Part shown: positions 37,181-51,454 of the stretch, in pieces
Numbering within the stretch: the stretch's first letter is position 1
Layout of the letters: each line of letters opens with the position of its first letter
DNA from: Squalus acanthias
Taxonomy: Eukaryota
DNA: 64,000 bases
NCBI GenBank assembly: GCA_030390025.1
Contig: CM059432.1
Location: forward strand, 143,904,001 to 143,968,000
Direction of reading: 5' to 3'
Program-made: the position numbers and the translations under genes
Notes under the pieces: generated by a model
What the model was told of the DNA's origin: nothing
The model's database searches: none
Seen by the model: only the letters and a program-made list of their open reading frames with translations

Positions 37181-38057
37181 GAGCACGGTGGTGGGGATCT
37201 ATGAACTCTTGCCCGCAATAGTGTGTTCAGGTTTGTGTACAACCACACCAACACTTATCAAAGACTACAGACAGTATTCTCTCAGACAGGGCAGATGGGT
37301 CCATAAGATTTGTCGGGCCATGTTCCACAAAAGTGTCCTTCATGTGATTTAGACTCTTGTTCACCTCAGACAGTTTTAACCACATAATGATGAGCGGAAA
37401 TGCTTTCTGGGTAAATTTGGGCTTGTGCAACGTGCTTCTTAATGTTGGGATCTTGCCCACAATGAGGAGGATTTAAAAATGTATTAAGACTCCAAACTTT
37501 GTCAGCAGTCGTTCTACAAAAAAATATCTAAATTCTGGGCTTGGGCCTCAATCAAAAATGCCCCCACCACGGCAGGGAGATGGGAAGAGGAGAAGCTGGC
37601 TCAGCCTTTAAGAGTTTGATAGAAAAGCTGGAAGGGGGGGAAAAACAACAGAATTTATGGGGTCTAAACAAGGCTGCTTTTTTTTTTTAAAGAAAGTTAT
37701 GTTTACAAGGTAAAGAAGAGAGGCCCTGAGTAATTGTAGAATGGATGCGGAGATCAGCCCCTATATTTAAAGTAGGAAAAGAAGACTCTCAGTGGTACTT
37801 CCATGGCTGGCAATATGCTCTCTCATTTGTTTATTTCTATTAAACAAGCTTTAAAGCGTGGGTGGATATCCAGATTGACAAAATATACAGTTGATCGCCA
37901 CAAACTAGTGCTGTTAACCCATTTGTAACAGCAGTTCTTCCTGGGGTGTACAGACGCTCCATTGAGCACCCCAAGGCTGTCTAGTGTTGTGGGTCAGCAG
38001 TGTTGAGGTACTTGCAAAGCTGCACTGACTGCAATGGGCTGCAATTTGTATTTCTAG

Positions 38058-38246
38058 GAGCGTCTAATGGACGAAGGTCTAGATGACGACAGCGGAGAGA
38101 GCGGTGAAAGCGGCGACAGTGGAGACGATACCACGGAAAGCACAGCAGGGACAGAGCCACCTGGTTTCATGGCTTCCGCATGGTCATTCATCACCACCTT
38201 CTTTACCTCACTCATCCCCGAAGGCCCTCCTCAAGTTGGCAACTAG
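38058..38246 (+). CDS. HERPUD2: HERPUD2 last coding exon (ERLMDEGLDDDSGE...SAWSFITTFFTSLIPEGPPQVGN*)
   Basis: tttctag acceptor, 189 nt ending in TAG. The C-terminus matches HERPUD2. Confidence 0.96.
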   Translation, partial: ERLMDEGLDDDSGESGESGDSGDDTTESTAGTEPPGFMASAWSFITTFFTSLIPEGPPQVGN

Positions 38247-39650
38247 GACAAGCGGTGGACTTTTCAACTTACTGCTCACTACAGCTGTATATTTGAGTGG
38301 CATTTACTAAAAAAAAACAAAAGACTGAAGTGTGGGAGTGTACTTAACCCTTTTATTGCGTTGCCATTGTTTCTGCGATGATTTTTTTTTTCCCCACGGG
38401 TTCAGTGTCCCGAGTCTTTCTCCAGATCATGACATACATTGAGTTTCACCTCTTTTATTGCACCCAAATTCTGCAGAGCACCAAATGGAAAATGTGTGCT
38501 TTCCTCGGTTTAGTTTTCATTGCTTTACATTAGCAAAGATAAAATGTAATAAAAGTTACCCGTCTTCCATGTTTTTGTTATTGCCACGAGCTGTGATTTT
38601 TAGTAGCAACTGGGTGCTGGTAATAGGAAATGCGAAGAGCTAAATAAACTAGACTGGCCTTGCTGGTCTACACCTGGATAAGTGAGGAATCAATTTGGTT
38701 CAAAACTATTTTTTTTTTAACTAACATATATTGTAATGCAAAAATGCTATAACAAAAATCTGCTTTTTCCAACATACCAGTCACACACCGAGTTGCTGCT
38801 CTTTAGTTTCCTCGAAGAATTATTTTTCAACAGCTGGCAGCCTAGTCCTCCGATTTTAAATAAACACTGCGGCCTGGTGCAGTGTTACTAGCTGTTGAAA
38901 TAAATTGAATATTCAGTTTGGATTATGAAGCCAAGTAGTATGCGGTTGGCTTCATTTGGTTGTATTTTTGACGTTTTTGAGCTGGATGTATTATATAAGT
39001 GAACAAAAAAAATCCCCTGGAGTATTTGACTTGAACCCAGTACCTGTGTGCTAACCAGATGGAGGCTTAGAGGGCGACGCTCGCGAACTTGTCTTGATCT
39101 TCAGCCACTTAAATATTCTGGAGAATTCATGACACTTCTGAGCAGTGGTTTGGGATTTGAAAGGCTGAGAACTCAAATAAACTGATTTAATTCCTACTTG
39201 TTATACACATACTTTTTAAATTACTTTTACATTTAAAAAGCTCATTTTAGAATTATATATTTTACTGCCTTGTCTTTATCAATGGAGTTCGGCGCTTGAA
39301 GGCATAAATTTGAGGATCATAATCAGTCAATTGCTAGTTTTCATTTGGAAATGACAATGTGACTCGTGTTAAGTGGCATATATTACTGATACAGAAGTGT
39401 GAGAGCATAGTGTTGTAAATAACGTGATCTGTTTGAGAACGTTACCAGCCTGAACAGCAATAAATGCAATGTGTAAAGAAGCAGCACTGTTTGGAACTTT
39501 ACAGAAGAGAAGAACTGAATAAAGTCAGTGCCTGCAACAGGCTAACCTACTTCACGTTAAAATACTGTCACAATGTATTGCTGATTGTTAGAAAAAAAAA
39601 TAAAGCAAATAATGACTTATTTGAATAAACATTGACACTTGTGCATTTAA
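38247..39650 (+). other. Probable HERPUD2 3' UTR with several AATAAA signals (e.g. 38548, 39459, 39518, 39599, 39624; another at 40174)
   Basis: AT-rich stretch after the stop codon with no recognisable repeats. The true cleavage site cannot be determined from sequence. Confidence 0.55.
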
Positions 39651-40607
39651 GATGTGGCATGCAGGAGGGGCTACATGGCTTACTGTATTGAAAATCTTTT
39701 TTTATATAAGTGACATGGGTGGCATTTGTGCAGAGGCAAACCTCTTTCTCAAAACGTGTGCCAGCTTCCTCCATGCCCCCCATGTTGTGGGATATTGCAC
39801 CCTGTGAAATGGCACATTCGGGGCATAACTTATTCAAATCAGCCTCATTACCCCTAATCTGATACCAACAGCTGTCTTCTTTGCAAGAAAGATAGTTAAT
39901 GTCTCAGCATTAACACCTGCGACGTGATGGGACATTTTCACCAAAAAAAATTGGCTGACTCAACTGTTGCTCAGTGTCAAAGTTCACACTCTGTTTCTAT
40001 AACTGACCTGTGTGGTGGACAGGGGATTCTGGTTTCTCTACATGTGTTCAATTATTGGACCGCACAAGGAGGACATATTTAAGCTCCTATGGACGGACTC
40101 CATCTTTATTGTTTTCTAAGTAATTCTACAATCAGTAGCTTGCTGCATTTCTTTTGCTTCTTGTAATTATTGTAATAAATTTGACTTAATTTTAGCCCAA
40201 TGTAATGGTTTGACAAGGAGCACAGTGGGCATCCTATGTGGGTTCTGTTTTTTACTGTACTAAGTTGTTAATTTTGTACCACACTATTCCATTTATGCCA
40301 GATGTAAGGGTACAAGTTTCAATTCATGGGAAATATAAGTCTGCTTGTGGAAACCACCCTTTAGAAGAAACAAAATGTTGCGAAGAAAGCCCAAATCATT
40401 TTTTTTCCTGCTTTAAGGACCAGAGCTTTGAAACTCTCTGCCTGATACGATCTTGGGCACTAATGCATCGACCTCTGTCATGGTGAAAAAGTGATGATCT
40501 TATGTAGAGATAAAACAACATGCACATCATTTTAAATATTTCCCTTGCAACAGTGACTACACTTCAAAATTGGCTGTAAAGTGCTTTCGGATGGCGGTTA
40601 TTGAAAG

Positions 40608-41030
40608 TTCCAATGGAATCCGATTCCACCACCCTTTAAGCTAGTGCATTACAGATCATAACAACCCTCTGTGTGAAATCATTTCTCCTCTAGTTCTTTT
40701 GCCAATTATTTTAAATCTATGACCTCTGGTTATCAACCCACTTGCCAGAGGAAACAGTTTCTCCCTACTTGCTCTCTCAAAGCCCCTCAATTTTGAACAC
40801 CTCTATTTGGTCTCCCCTTAACCTTCTCTGCTCTAAGGAGAACAACCCCAGCATCTCCTCGTCTTTGGTATCATCCTGGTAAACCTGTGTACCCGCTCCA
40901 AGGCCTTGACATTCTTCCCAAGTGTGGTGTCCAGAATTGTACATAATACTCTAGCTGATGCCTAACCAGTGATTTGTGAAGGTTTAGCACGACTTCCTTG
41001 TTTTTGTATTCAATGGCCTCATTTACATCC
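40608..41030 (-). mobile_element. Degraded CR1 fragment
   Basis: Similar to 6900-7350. Confidence 0.8.
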
Positions 41031-41476
41031 ATTTATTATTCTAGTCTTGATGTTGCCTTGTGCCACTCAAAGCATACATTTTTTCTTCTTTTAAATTGAA
41101 ACTTCCAACTCTAGCAGTCACTGGCATCTGACAAGGAAACATCTAAAGTAGGATGAGAGTCAGCTCCAGGAGCCCAGCAGAGAGAGTGGGCAGACCTGTT
41201 GTTCTACAGAGGCCCACAAGAGTTTGAAGTTATTGCATTAATGCCCAAGTAATGAATCCCCAACATCATTCCCCTATTCTCCCCAATACACGGAGTTGGT
41301 GACTGAGGTTGCGGACACACGAGCCTGAAAAACATTAGGACCCAGACTTCAGCGCAAGGATCGAAGGTTCCAGAGCAGACAGATGGCAAGCTATAGCTGC
41401 CCCCACAAGGGGAGGGAGTTGGGACTGCATTGCAATATAGGATAGGTAAGTTTAGTGATTTTCCTTCCCCGAGTCA

Positions 41477-41792
41477 CAGTCGCTTCATGAGAAAGGTTCG
41501 GGCATGTTGAGTCAGGGGACAAATAGCTGAATGGATAGCAAATTGGCTACTAGAAAGCAGAGAGTAGGGGTAAAGGGTAGTTATTCAAATTGGAGGAAGG
41601 TAGAAAGCAGTGTTTGACAAGGATCAGTGCTGCGACTAATTTACATTAATGATTTGGACTTGGGAACAAGTAACTCAAAATTTGCAGATGATACCAAACT
41701 GGGGGGTGTAGCTAACACTGAGGAAAAATGCAACATAATACAAGACATTAGAAAATTTGCAGACTGGGCAATTAAGTGGCAAATGAAGTTTA
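41477..41792 (+). mobile_element. Degraded CR1 RT fragment
   Basis: IYINDLD...SKFADDTKLGG...WQMKFN. Confidence 0.8.
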
Positions 41793-44700
41793 ACAATGAA
41801 ATAAACGACCAGATAATCTGATTTAGCTGTTCGTTGAGGGATAAATATTGACCAGGACACCGGGGAGAGCTCCAATATTCATCTTCGAAGTAGTGTCATT
41901 GGATCTTTTATGTCCACCTGAGAGGGCAGATGGGGCCTTTGTTTAATATCTCATCCAATAAACAGTACCTCCGACAGTGCACACTCCTACTGTACGGAAG
42001 AGTCAACAACAACTTGCATTTATATGGTGCTTCACAGGATCGTTCTCAAACAAAATTTGACATCGAGCCACGTAAGATATTGGGATGTGTACCCAAAAGC
42101 TTGGTTAAAGATGTAGGTTTTAAGGAGCGTTTTAAAGGAGAAGAGGTGGAGAGGTTTAGGGAGGGAATTCCAGAGCTTTGGGCCTAGGCATAGCTGCCAT
42201 AGAGTCATAACGGCACAGAAGGAGGCCATTTGGCCCATCAAGTCCATGCTGGCTCTCTGTAGGGTAATCCAGTCAGTCCCATTCCCCCGCTCTATCCCCG
42301 TAGCCCTGCAAGCTTATTTCCCTCAAGTGCCTATCCAGTCTCCCCTTGAAAACATTGAGTGTCTCCGCTTCCACCACTTCCGTCGGCAGCGAATTCCAGG
42401 TCATCACCACTCGCTGCGTAAAAATGTTTTTCCTCACGTCCCCCCTGTATCTCTTGCCCAAAACCTTAAATCTGTGTTCCCTAGTCCTTGTACCATCAAC
42501 TAGTTGGAACAGCCTTTCCCCGTTTAGCCTATCCAAAACTCATAATCATGTACACCTCTATCAAATCACCCCTCAACCTCCTTTGCTCTAATGAAAACAA
42601 ATCCAGCTTCTCCAACCTGTCCTTGTAGCTAAGATTCCCCATCCCCAGAACCATTCTGGTAAATCTCCTCTGCACCCTCTCAAGCCCCTTCACATCCTTC
42701 CTAAAGTGTGGTGACCAGAACTGGATGCAATACTCCAGTTGTGGCCTAACCAGCGCTTTATAAAGGTTCAGCATAACTTCTCTACTTTTGTACTCAATAC
42801 CTCTATTTATGAAGCCCAAGATCCCATATGCTTTGTTAACCACTCTCTCAATATGTCCTGCCACCTTCAGGCACCTATGCACATTAACTCCCAGGTCCCT
42901 CTGTCCCTGCACACTCTTTAAAACTGTGCCATTAAGTGTATATTGCCTCTCCCTGTTCCTTCTGCCAAAATGCATCACCTGACACTTCTCTGTATTAAAT
43001 TCCATCTGCCCATTCTGCTAGCCTTTCTATGTCCTGTTGCAGTCGACTGGTATCATCATCACTGTTTGCCACACCTCCAAGTTTGGTGTCATCTGTAAAT
43101 TTAGAAATTCTACTCTGTATTCCATTATCCAGGTCATTTATATATATCAAAAAAAGCAGTGGCCCTAGCACTGACCCTTGGGGCACACCACTGTCTACCA
43201 TCCTCCAGTCTGAAATACAGCCATTTACCACAACTCGCTGTTTTCTGTCCTTAAGCCAATTCCTTATTCAAGCTGCCACTGACCCACCTATTACATAAGC
43301 CTCAATTTTGTTAACCAGCCTTCTGATGTGGTACTTTGTCAAACACCTTCCAAAAATCCATGTAGACAACATCCATTGCCTTCCCTTCATCAATCCTCCC
43401 TGTTCATCAAAAAATTCAATTAGATTAGTTAAACACAATCTGCCTTTTACAAATTCATGTTGGCTCTCCTTAATTAGCTTAAACCTCTCCAAGTGCCTGT
43501 TAATTTTTTCCTTGATTATTGTTTCTAAAACTTTACCCACCACTGATGTTAAACTGACCTGTAGGTACTAGGATTGTCCTTACACCCTTTCTTGAACAAT
43601 GGTGTCACATTTGCCACTTTCCAATCCTCAGGCATCTCCCCCGCATCTATGGAAGATTGGAAAATGATGGCAAGCCCTTCCGCTATCACCTCCCCAAATT
43701 CCCTTAGCAACCTGGGATGCAAGCCATCTGGACCAGGCGACTTATCCACTCTAAGCATACCCAGCCTTTCTAGTACATCCTGTCTATCAATTTTCACCCC
43801 TTCCATTGCTTCTACCTTTTCCACTTCTACCGATATTTTGTCAGCATCCACCTCCTTAGTAAACACTGATACAAAGTACTCATTGAGTATTCCAGCCTTG
43901 CCCTGTGCCTCTAAGCATATATCACCTTCTTTGTCCCTAATAGGCCCCACCCCGCTTCTTACTACCCGCTTACTGTTTACATGCCGGTAGAAGATTTTGG
44001 GTTCCCTTTTATGTTAACCGCCATTCTACTCTCATATTCTCTCTTTGCCAATCTTATTTTCATCTTCACTTCCCCTCTCAACTTATTGTATTTCGTCTTG
44101 TTCTCCCTTGAAGAATTCACCTGACATTCATCATGCACCCTCTTTTTTTGTTTCATCATGTTCTCTATCTCCCTCGTCACCCAAGGAGCCCTTGCTTTGG
44201 TTTCCTTACCCTTCCCTCTTGTTGGAATGTACCTAGCCTGTACTTGGAACATCTCCTCCTTAAAGATCTCCCATTGTTCCGTTATAGTTTTTCCTGTCAA
44301 TCTTTGGTTCCATTTTACCCTGGCTAGATCCTTTTGCATCCCATTGAAGTTAGCCCTATTCCAGTTTAGAAGTTCCACTCTAGATTGTTCCTTGTTCCTC
44401 TCCATTGCTAATCTAAACCTTATGATACGATGATCACACGTACCCAAGTGTTCTCCCACAGACACTTGGTCGACCTGGCCCACCTCATTCCCCAGCCCCA
44501 GATCCAGCAATGCCTCCTTCCTAGTTGGGTCGAGAACATACTGGTCAAGGAAATTCTCCTGAACACATTTCAGAAATTCCTCCCCCTCCTTTCCCTTTTC
44601 CCTAGCATTATCCCAATCGATATTTGGGTAATTAAAGTCCCCCAATATCACCATTCTATAGCTCTTGCATATCTCTGCGATTTCCCTGCAGATTTGCTCC

Positions 44701-46345
44701 TCTACCTCCCTCTCACTATTTGGAGGCCTATAGAATACCCCCAATAGCATGATCAGACCCTTTTTGCTCCTCAACTCTAACCAAATGGATTCTGTCCTTG
44801 TCCCCTCAAGAACATCCTCCCTTTCCAACACTACAATGTCTTCCTTAATCAGCGCTACCACCCCACCTCCCTTTTTTCCTTCCCTATCTTTTCTGAACAC
44901 CTTGTACCCTTGAATATTAAGTGCCCAGTCCTCACCGTTTTAAGCCACGTTTCTGTTATTGCCACAACATCATATTGCCACATGATTGTGCTTGTAGCTC
45001 ACCAACCTTATTCACCACACTTTGTGCATTTACGTACATGCATTCTAAACCCATTTTTGAATTTTTCGTAGTCTTTCTTAGTCTGCTCCTATCTAATATG
45101 GTACTACTTCTGCCTCCAGTACTACTTTCTTCTCTAGTACTATCCAACACACTCACTTCTTTTATGCACCTTATTCCTCTTTTCTACTCCTATATGCTGG
45201 CGCCCATCCCCCTGCCAAGCTATTTTAAACCCTCCCTATCAGCACTAGCAAACCTCCTCGTGAGAATATTGGTCCCGACTCTGTTGAGGTGTAGCCCGTC
45301 CGGCTTGTACAGGTCCCACCTTCCCCAGAAATGGTTCCAATGCCTCAGGAATTTAAAGCCCTCCCTCCTGCACCATCTCTCCAGCCATGCATTCATCTGT
45401 TCTATCCTCCTATTCCTGTACTCACTAGCACGTGGCGCCGGGAGTAATCCAGAGGTTACTACCTTTGAAGTCCTGCTTTTTAATCTCTCTCCTAGCTCCC
45501 TAAACTCTGCCTGCAGGACCTAATCCCTCTTTCTGCCTATGTCGTTGGTACCGATATGGACCACGACCTCTGGCTGTTCCCCCATCCCCCTCGGAGTGTC
45601 CGGCAGCCTCTCAGTGACATCCTTGACCCTGGCACCAGGGAGGCAACATACCATCCTGGAGTCACGTCTGCGTCCACAGAAATGTCTGTCTGTTCCCCTA
45701 ACCAATGAATCCCCGATCACTATTGCTCTTCCACTCTTCTTCCTTCCCCCCCCCCCCGCCATGCAGCTGAGCCACCCGTGGTGCCGTGGCCTTGGCTCTG
45801 GCTGCTCTCCCCAGAGGAGCCATCACCCCCACCAGTTTCCAGAACTGAACTGGTTAGCGAGCGAGATGCACTCTGGCTGCCAGTGGTGGGGTGAAGAAAA
45901 TCGGGGATGCGCAAGAGGCTAGAATTGGAGGAACACAGAGATCGCAGAGGTTTGTAGGGATGGAGGAGGTTACAGAGATAGGGAGGGACGAGACCATGGA
46001 GGGATTTGAAAACAAGGATGAGAATTTTAAAACTGAGGCATTGCCAGACCGGGAGCCAATGTAGGTCAGCGAGCACAGGGGCGATGGGTGAACAGGACTT
46101 GGTGCGAGTTAGGACACGGGCAGCAGAGTTCTGGTGGGAGGCTGGCCAGGAGAGTATTGGAATAATGGAGTCTAGAGATAACAAGGGCATGGATGAGGGT
46201 TTCAGCAGCAGATGAGCTGAGGCAGGGGCACAGTCGGGCGATGTTTGAGGTGGAATCAAGTGCCGGCCTAGATTATGTCCTGAAGTCTCTGGAGTGGGAC
46301 TTTGAACCCACGACCTTCTGACACAGGTGAGGGTGCTACCAAGTA
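41793..46345 (-). mobile_element. Nested stack: Deu-SINE (41793-42003 + 46255-46345) split by L2 (42004-42199 + 45876-46254), itself split by CR1
   Basis: Each outer element resumes collinearly on the far side, as judged against intact in-window copies. Confidence 0.75.
42200..45875 (-). mobile_element. Long CR1 LINE (ORF1 esterase part, full-span frameshifted ORF2), TSD gctgcca
   Basis: IVIGDSLVRG, HIGTNDIG, GDFNYP, SPGPDG, GVPQGSVLGP and FTDD motifs. gctgcca at 42193-42199 and 45876-45882. Confidence 0.94.
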
Positions 46346-46496
46346 GTAGAACGTGCCCATCTCATCAGCTTATTTTGTCTTTTCTGTAAATATGGCAGCA
46401 ACACGGATATAAAAAAAGTTTTGTTTACAGTTTTCCATTGCATGACTATTGTCGACCATCCCTGATACACAGGGTATGGGGAAGGAATTTTGACTT

Positions 46497-47378
46497 AACA
46501 TAGAATCATAGAAACATAGAAGATAGGAGCAGGAGTAGGCCATTCGGCCCCTCGAGCCTGCTCCGCCATTCAACGAGATCATGGCTGATCATCCAAATTC
46601 AGTACCCTGTCCCTGCTTTCTCCCCATATCCCTTGATCCCTTTAGCCTTAAGAAATATATCTAACTCCTTCTTGAATATATTTAATGAATTGGCCTCAAC
46701 TGTCTTCTGTGGTAGAGAATTCCACAGGTTCACCACTCTCTGGGTGAAGAAATTCCTCCTCATCTCAGTCCGAAATGGCTTACCCCTTATCCTTAGACTG
46801 TGACCTCTGGTTCTGGACTCCCCCCGCCATTGGGAACATCCTTCCTGTATCTAGTCTGTCTAGTCCTGTTAGAATTTTATAAGTTTCAATGAGATCCCCT
46901 CTCATTCTTCTAAACTCAAGCGAATATAAGCCCAATCAACCCAATCTCTCTTCATACATCATTCTTGCCATCCCAGGTATCAGCCTGGTGAATCTTCGCT
47001 GCACTTTCTCCATGGCAAGAACATGCTTCCTCAGATAAGGCGACCAAAACTGCACACAATACTCAAGGTGTGGTCTCACCAAGGCCCTGTACAACTGCAG
47101 CAAGACATCCTTGCTCCTGTACTCGAATCCTCTCGCTATGAAGGCCAACATACCATTTGCCTTCTTAACCGCCTGCTGTACCTGCATGCTTACCTTCAGC
47201 GACTGGTGCACACGGACACCCAGGTCTCGTTGCACTTCCCCTTTTCCCAATCTATTGCCGTTCAGATAATAATCTGCCTTCCTGTTTTTGCCACCGAAGT
47301 GGATAACCTCGCATTTATCCACATTATACTGCATCTGCCATGCATCTGCCCAATCACCCAACCTGTCCAAATCATACT
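46497..47378 (-). mobile_element. CR1 3' fragment
   Basis: WADAWQMQYNVDKC...LVRPHLEYCVQFWSP plus the 3' UTR and tail. Confidence 0.92.
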
Positions 47379-47534
47379 GGACTTCTTAGTTCTGACCTTT
47401 ATGTGACCTGTGTTTGCAAATATCCCGCAGCTCCAGCCAGGCAATTGCCTACACAGCAGTGAACAGAGCAAGGGACAAATAACAAACATCCTGCTGGCAC
47501 AGGGTGAAGTATCTGCTCGCAGCGACTACTGTTA

Positions 47535-47549
47535 CCAGCAGAGGGCAGC
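47535..47549 (+). promoter_or_regulatory. Candidate CTCF site
   Basis: CCAGCAGAGGGCAGC closely matches the CTCF core consensus. Motif evidence only. Confidence 0.45.
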
Positions 47550-48599
47550 ATGGCTGCAAGAAACAGGCTCCTTCTGAAAATCCCACTGGTTTTCACTGAA
47601 AGTGATGGGCGAGCCCAGTAACATCATTAAAAAAAGTCAAGCTACTGAACAATAAGGGGCGAGGAGAAGGCCTGAACTAAGCTTACAATATTATTGGAGA
47701 ATGCTAGATAATAATAATGGGGACTTGACAGCAAGGGTTTGGCTCAGAGAAAAATATATCTGACAAAGGATATTGAGAAGACATGGTCACATTTTCGTCA
47801 TATTCAGAAAAATAACAATACAAGGAAACAAAAGGGCGAAACAATATTATAACTGAGCCAGGCTGCCAATCAGATTGACTTTAATGAACTTGATTAGACA
47901 TGTAACTGTACATTGTGAAAACTATCTATAAAAATGGTACGTCCAGCATGAGTGTCATCATTCATATTTTAGGCATATTTCTGGCTCAAATGTCGCATTG
48001 AATCCCCAGCAAATCACAGCTGAAGAGGTAGGAGGCCAATCAGCGAAGCTTGAATGGAAACCACTGCAAATCTGCAACAATTACCAACAAAAAGTAAAGT
48101 TTTACCATTCAAATTGCTCAAAATATGTTTTTTTCCAAGCCCTACTGGCCACCATATTGAATTCTCACTCACTGAGAAACATAGGACAGGAAATAAAGTT
48201 TATAATGTAAAAAAAAATGATAAGGAGGTGAATAAACTTAGGTACACAGTGACATTTTCCGTATTTACCATGTGTCTAAGAATGATTTTTATCAGAGGCC
48301 TTGCATGACTCTGAGAAGCTTGGGGTTTGAGTTCATGGTCACCCAGAGATTTCACCCTGTTGGCTGGAGACAATAACTACAACTCCCAGCAAGCAGCTGG
48401 GCCGATAATTCACAGCGTTCCACAGGTGCAACTACCCTCTGGATAAAACTCCCAGTGTGTATCAGAAGGAGTCTCTGCTGGCAGCCTGTGAGGTACTTGG
48501 CTGCAATAGTCATTCTAAGTTTGTTTTTGCAAAGACTTCAAGGCAAGGGAAAACATCAACCGTGGATTTTTGAGGTAGGTTTTGACAGGAAAATTACAG

Positions 48600-48800
48600 G
48601 TTTTTTTTTAGAGAGACGGAGAACGTATGGAAGAGAAACAGAGAAGCCAGAGACAGAAATAGTAGGAGAGGCTGAGAGAGAGAGTGAAAGGCTGAGAGTG
48701 GGAAAGGATCGGAGATAGAGAACGTTGAGAAGTGGATAAAAGAGAGGCAAAAAATTAAGAGTCCAGAGAGAAAGGAGATGAATGAATGGATGGATCGGTA
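48600..48800 (+). repeat. Purine-rich (GA-rich) low-complexity tract
   Basis: Runs of gaga/gaa with few pyrimidines. Confidence 0.6.
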
Positions 48801-49436
48801 GGTGAAGAGTACTGAAGAAAGTTGGGAAGCAGATAGTGGTGGCACTGACCACCGTTTTCAAACAATATTTGGAAATGGGAGTAGTGCCAAAGTACTAGAG
48901 GGTACAGCCCTGTTCCAGAAAGGGGAGTAGCCAGGAAACTATCGGCCAGTTAGTCTGATGCCAGTTGTGGATAAGGTGTAGTGGTCATGTGTCTGGCAGG
49001 ATCATCTGATGAATGAAAGCTGCTCACAGACTCTCACCTTTTAAACATTCACTTTGAAACTTCTGCTGCTGTTGTAGATGGAATGATAATGAATCAGTGC
49101 TTGGAACTAGACAGTGGAGGCATGTTCTGTGCATTTAGTAGAGGCCATTTGAAGCTTGCAGTTTTCATTTAGTGTTTGTTAAAGTATTAAACGGTTTTGC
49201 ATGCATTCATAAAGAGTTGACTAAAAGTCAACTAAACATGACCATCACTTGGACTGTATCAACGATTCAAGTGTAAGCATAGGGATCCCAAAATGTACAA
49301 AGCAATCAAGAAAGACTTGCATTTATATCGCACCTTTCACAACCTCAGGACATCCTAAAGCACTTTTTGCATGAACGAGAAGAGAACCGGAATATACTTT
49401 CCTGTATATTTATTCAGTGTGCACGAGTTATTTAAT

Positions 49437-49716
49437 GTACTGAGGGAGTGCTGCACTGTCGGAGGTTCTGTCTTTCAGATGAGACATTAAACCGAGGCCT
49501 GATGTCCTGGGGCCAATATTTATGTCTCAACCAACATCACTAAAACCAGATTCTGTTCATTATCACATTGCTGTTTGTGGGAGCTTGCTGTGCGTAAATT
49601 GGCTGCCGCGTTTCCCTACATTACAACAGTGACTACGCTTCAAAAGTACTGACAGTAAAATACTTTGGGACATCCTGAGGGTATAAAAGGCGCTATATAA
49701 ATGCAAGTTCTTTCTT
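49437..49716 (+). mobile_element. Deu-domain SINE, partial
   Basis: Matches 17400-17717 with an internal deletion. Confidence 0.78.
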
Positions 49717-50614
49717 TCTGAGGAAGAAGCATCCCCATCGTGGATAACCAGGCCTTCACACCTCATAGCGATGGCATTGGGGCTCCCCACCAAAGGTGAA
49801 ATTCACCCTCCCCCCATGGGCACATCATCCGCTCTGCGAGTCAGCAAGGGGAACTAAAATAAGGGCAGAAATTAACAAGATTTTCTTTAGAGTTAAAAAT
49901 TTAATTTGTGAGTAAATTGTTTCTTGTGAAAGAAGCAACTATGGAGCCTGGCTAGGATCCCTGCTTTAAAGTAGATTAAAGATTATCTCCAGTATCTGGC
50001 AATGAAGTTGTCTGAACTTGGATTAGACGATGATGTGGAACACCTGGTCCCTCATCTCTCTTCATTGTTCCTTCCCAACACTTGGAGTCGGCCTTTATTT
50101 GGGATCTCCACAAGGGAGGAAATGAATCACATTGGGGGAAATAGAGACAAAAAGAAATTGGTATCATCCATCAAATAAATGATATCTGATTTTAAGAAGT
50201 GGTTTCTTCATCAGAACTTGGCACATTGTTTAACTCCTTCACTTGTCTTGGACTATCTCAAAATCTTTTTGAATGATTCAGTTCACTGAACCATAGCTGT
50301 GCATATTGCTTTTCCAAACCTTTTTAGTAAAAAAAAATACAAGTTCCAACAATACAACGCCATTAACGTGGCCGTGGAATATGAAATATAAATCACAACA
50401 GTAGGTTAACCAGAGTAATCGGCTCAGCCTTTCTCCCCAAACCCTCACCAGAAACTATGGTTCCAGGTAATGAACTTTGTTTCAAAACTCCACTTACCAT
50501 AATCCTCTTAGGTGAGAACCTCCTCGAAACAAAGAGCTGTCTTAGAACTTCCATAGTCCTTTAAAATGACTCAACATTTCTTTTGATGATTTCCAATGGA
50601 TGTAATTCTAGTGT

Positions 50615-51100
50615 CCAAAACCCTGCCACCCGTACCCTAACTCACACCAAGTCCCGTTCACCCATCACCCTCTGTGCTCACTGATTGGCTCCCGGTCTGG
50701 CAACGTCTCCATTGTAAATTCTCATCCTTGTTTTCAAATCTCTCCATGGCCTCGCCCCTCCCTATCTCTGTAACTTCCTCCAGCCCTACAACCCTCCGAG
50801 ATCTCTGCGCTCCTCCAACTCTGGCCTCTTGCACATCCCCCGATTTCCTTCGCTCCGCCATTGATGGCCGTGCCTTCAGCTGCCTGGGCCCTAAGCTCTG
50901 GAATTCCCTCCCTAAACCTCTCCATCTCTCTACCGCTCTCTTCTTTATGACGCTCCTTAAAACCTACCTCTTTGACGAAGCTTTTAGTCACCTGTCCAAA
51001 TATCTCCTTATGTGGCTCAGCGTCAAATTTTGTCTGATAATCACTCCTGTAAAACGCCTTGGGGCGTTTTACTACATTCAAGGCGCTATATAAATGCAAT
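50615..51100 (+). mobile_element. L2 3' fragment
   Basis: Matches 30880-31370. Confidence 0.88.
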
Positions 51101-51454
51101 TTATGGTTTTGCTGATGCTAACTTGTCTTTGTCTTGTCTGTAGAAATGAATTGCCTATGGCCACCTCACTGGTATTGCCCCAGACATTACAACACAGAGT
51201 AATAAATTAATTAATAGAATCATAGAGATGCTATCAGCTCCTTCCAAGGCCCACAAACAGGCGGAGGTGTTCAGCTACCAAGAATGAAGGTAATATTTTA
51301 ATATTTGAGCCTTATCGTGATGAGTGGAGTAATTGCAAAGATTTTTATGAATGTTTTCAATGCATTAATGCAAAGTGCATCATACACACAGTGCTTCCAT
51401 TTGTAATTACTTGGATACAATTTAGTAAACCTGTTTAACCATCTGAATGGACTG

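Noticed and set aside
44921..45523. 200-aa hydrophobic ORF on the + strand and similar antisense ORFs
   Set aside because: Shadow frames antisense to CR1 ORF1/ORF2.
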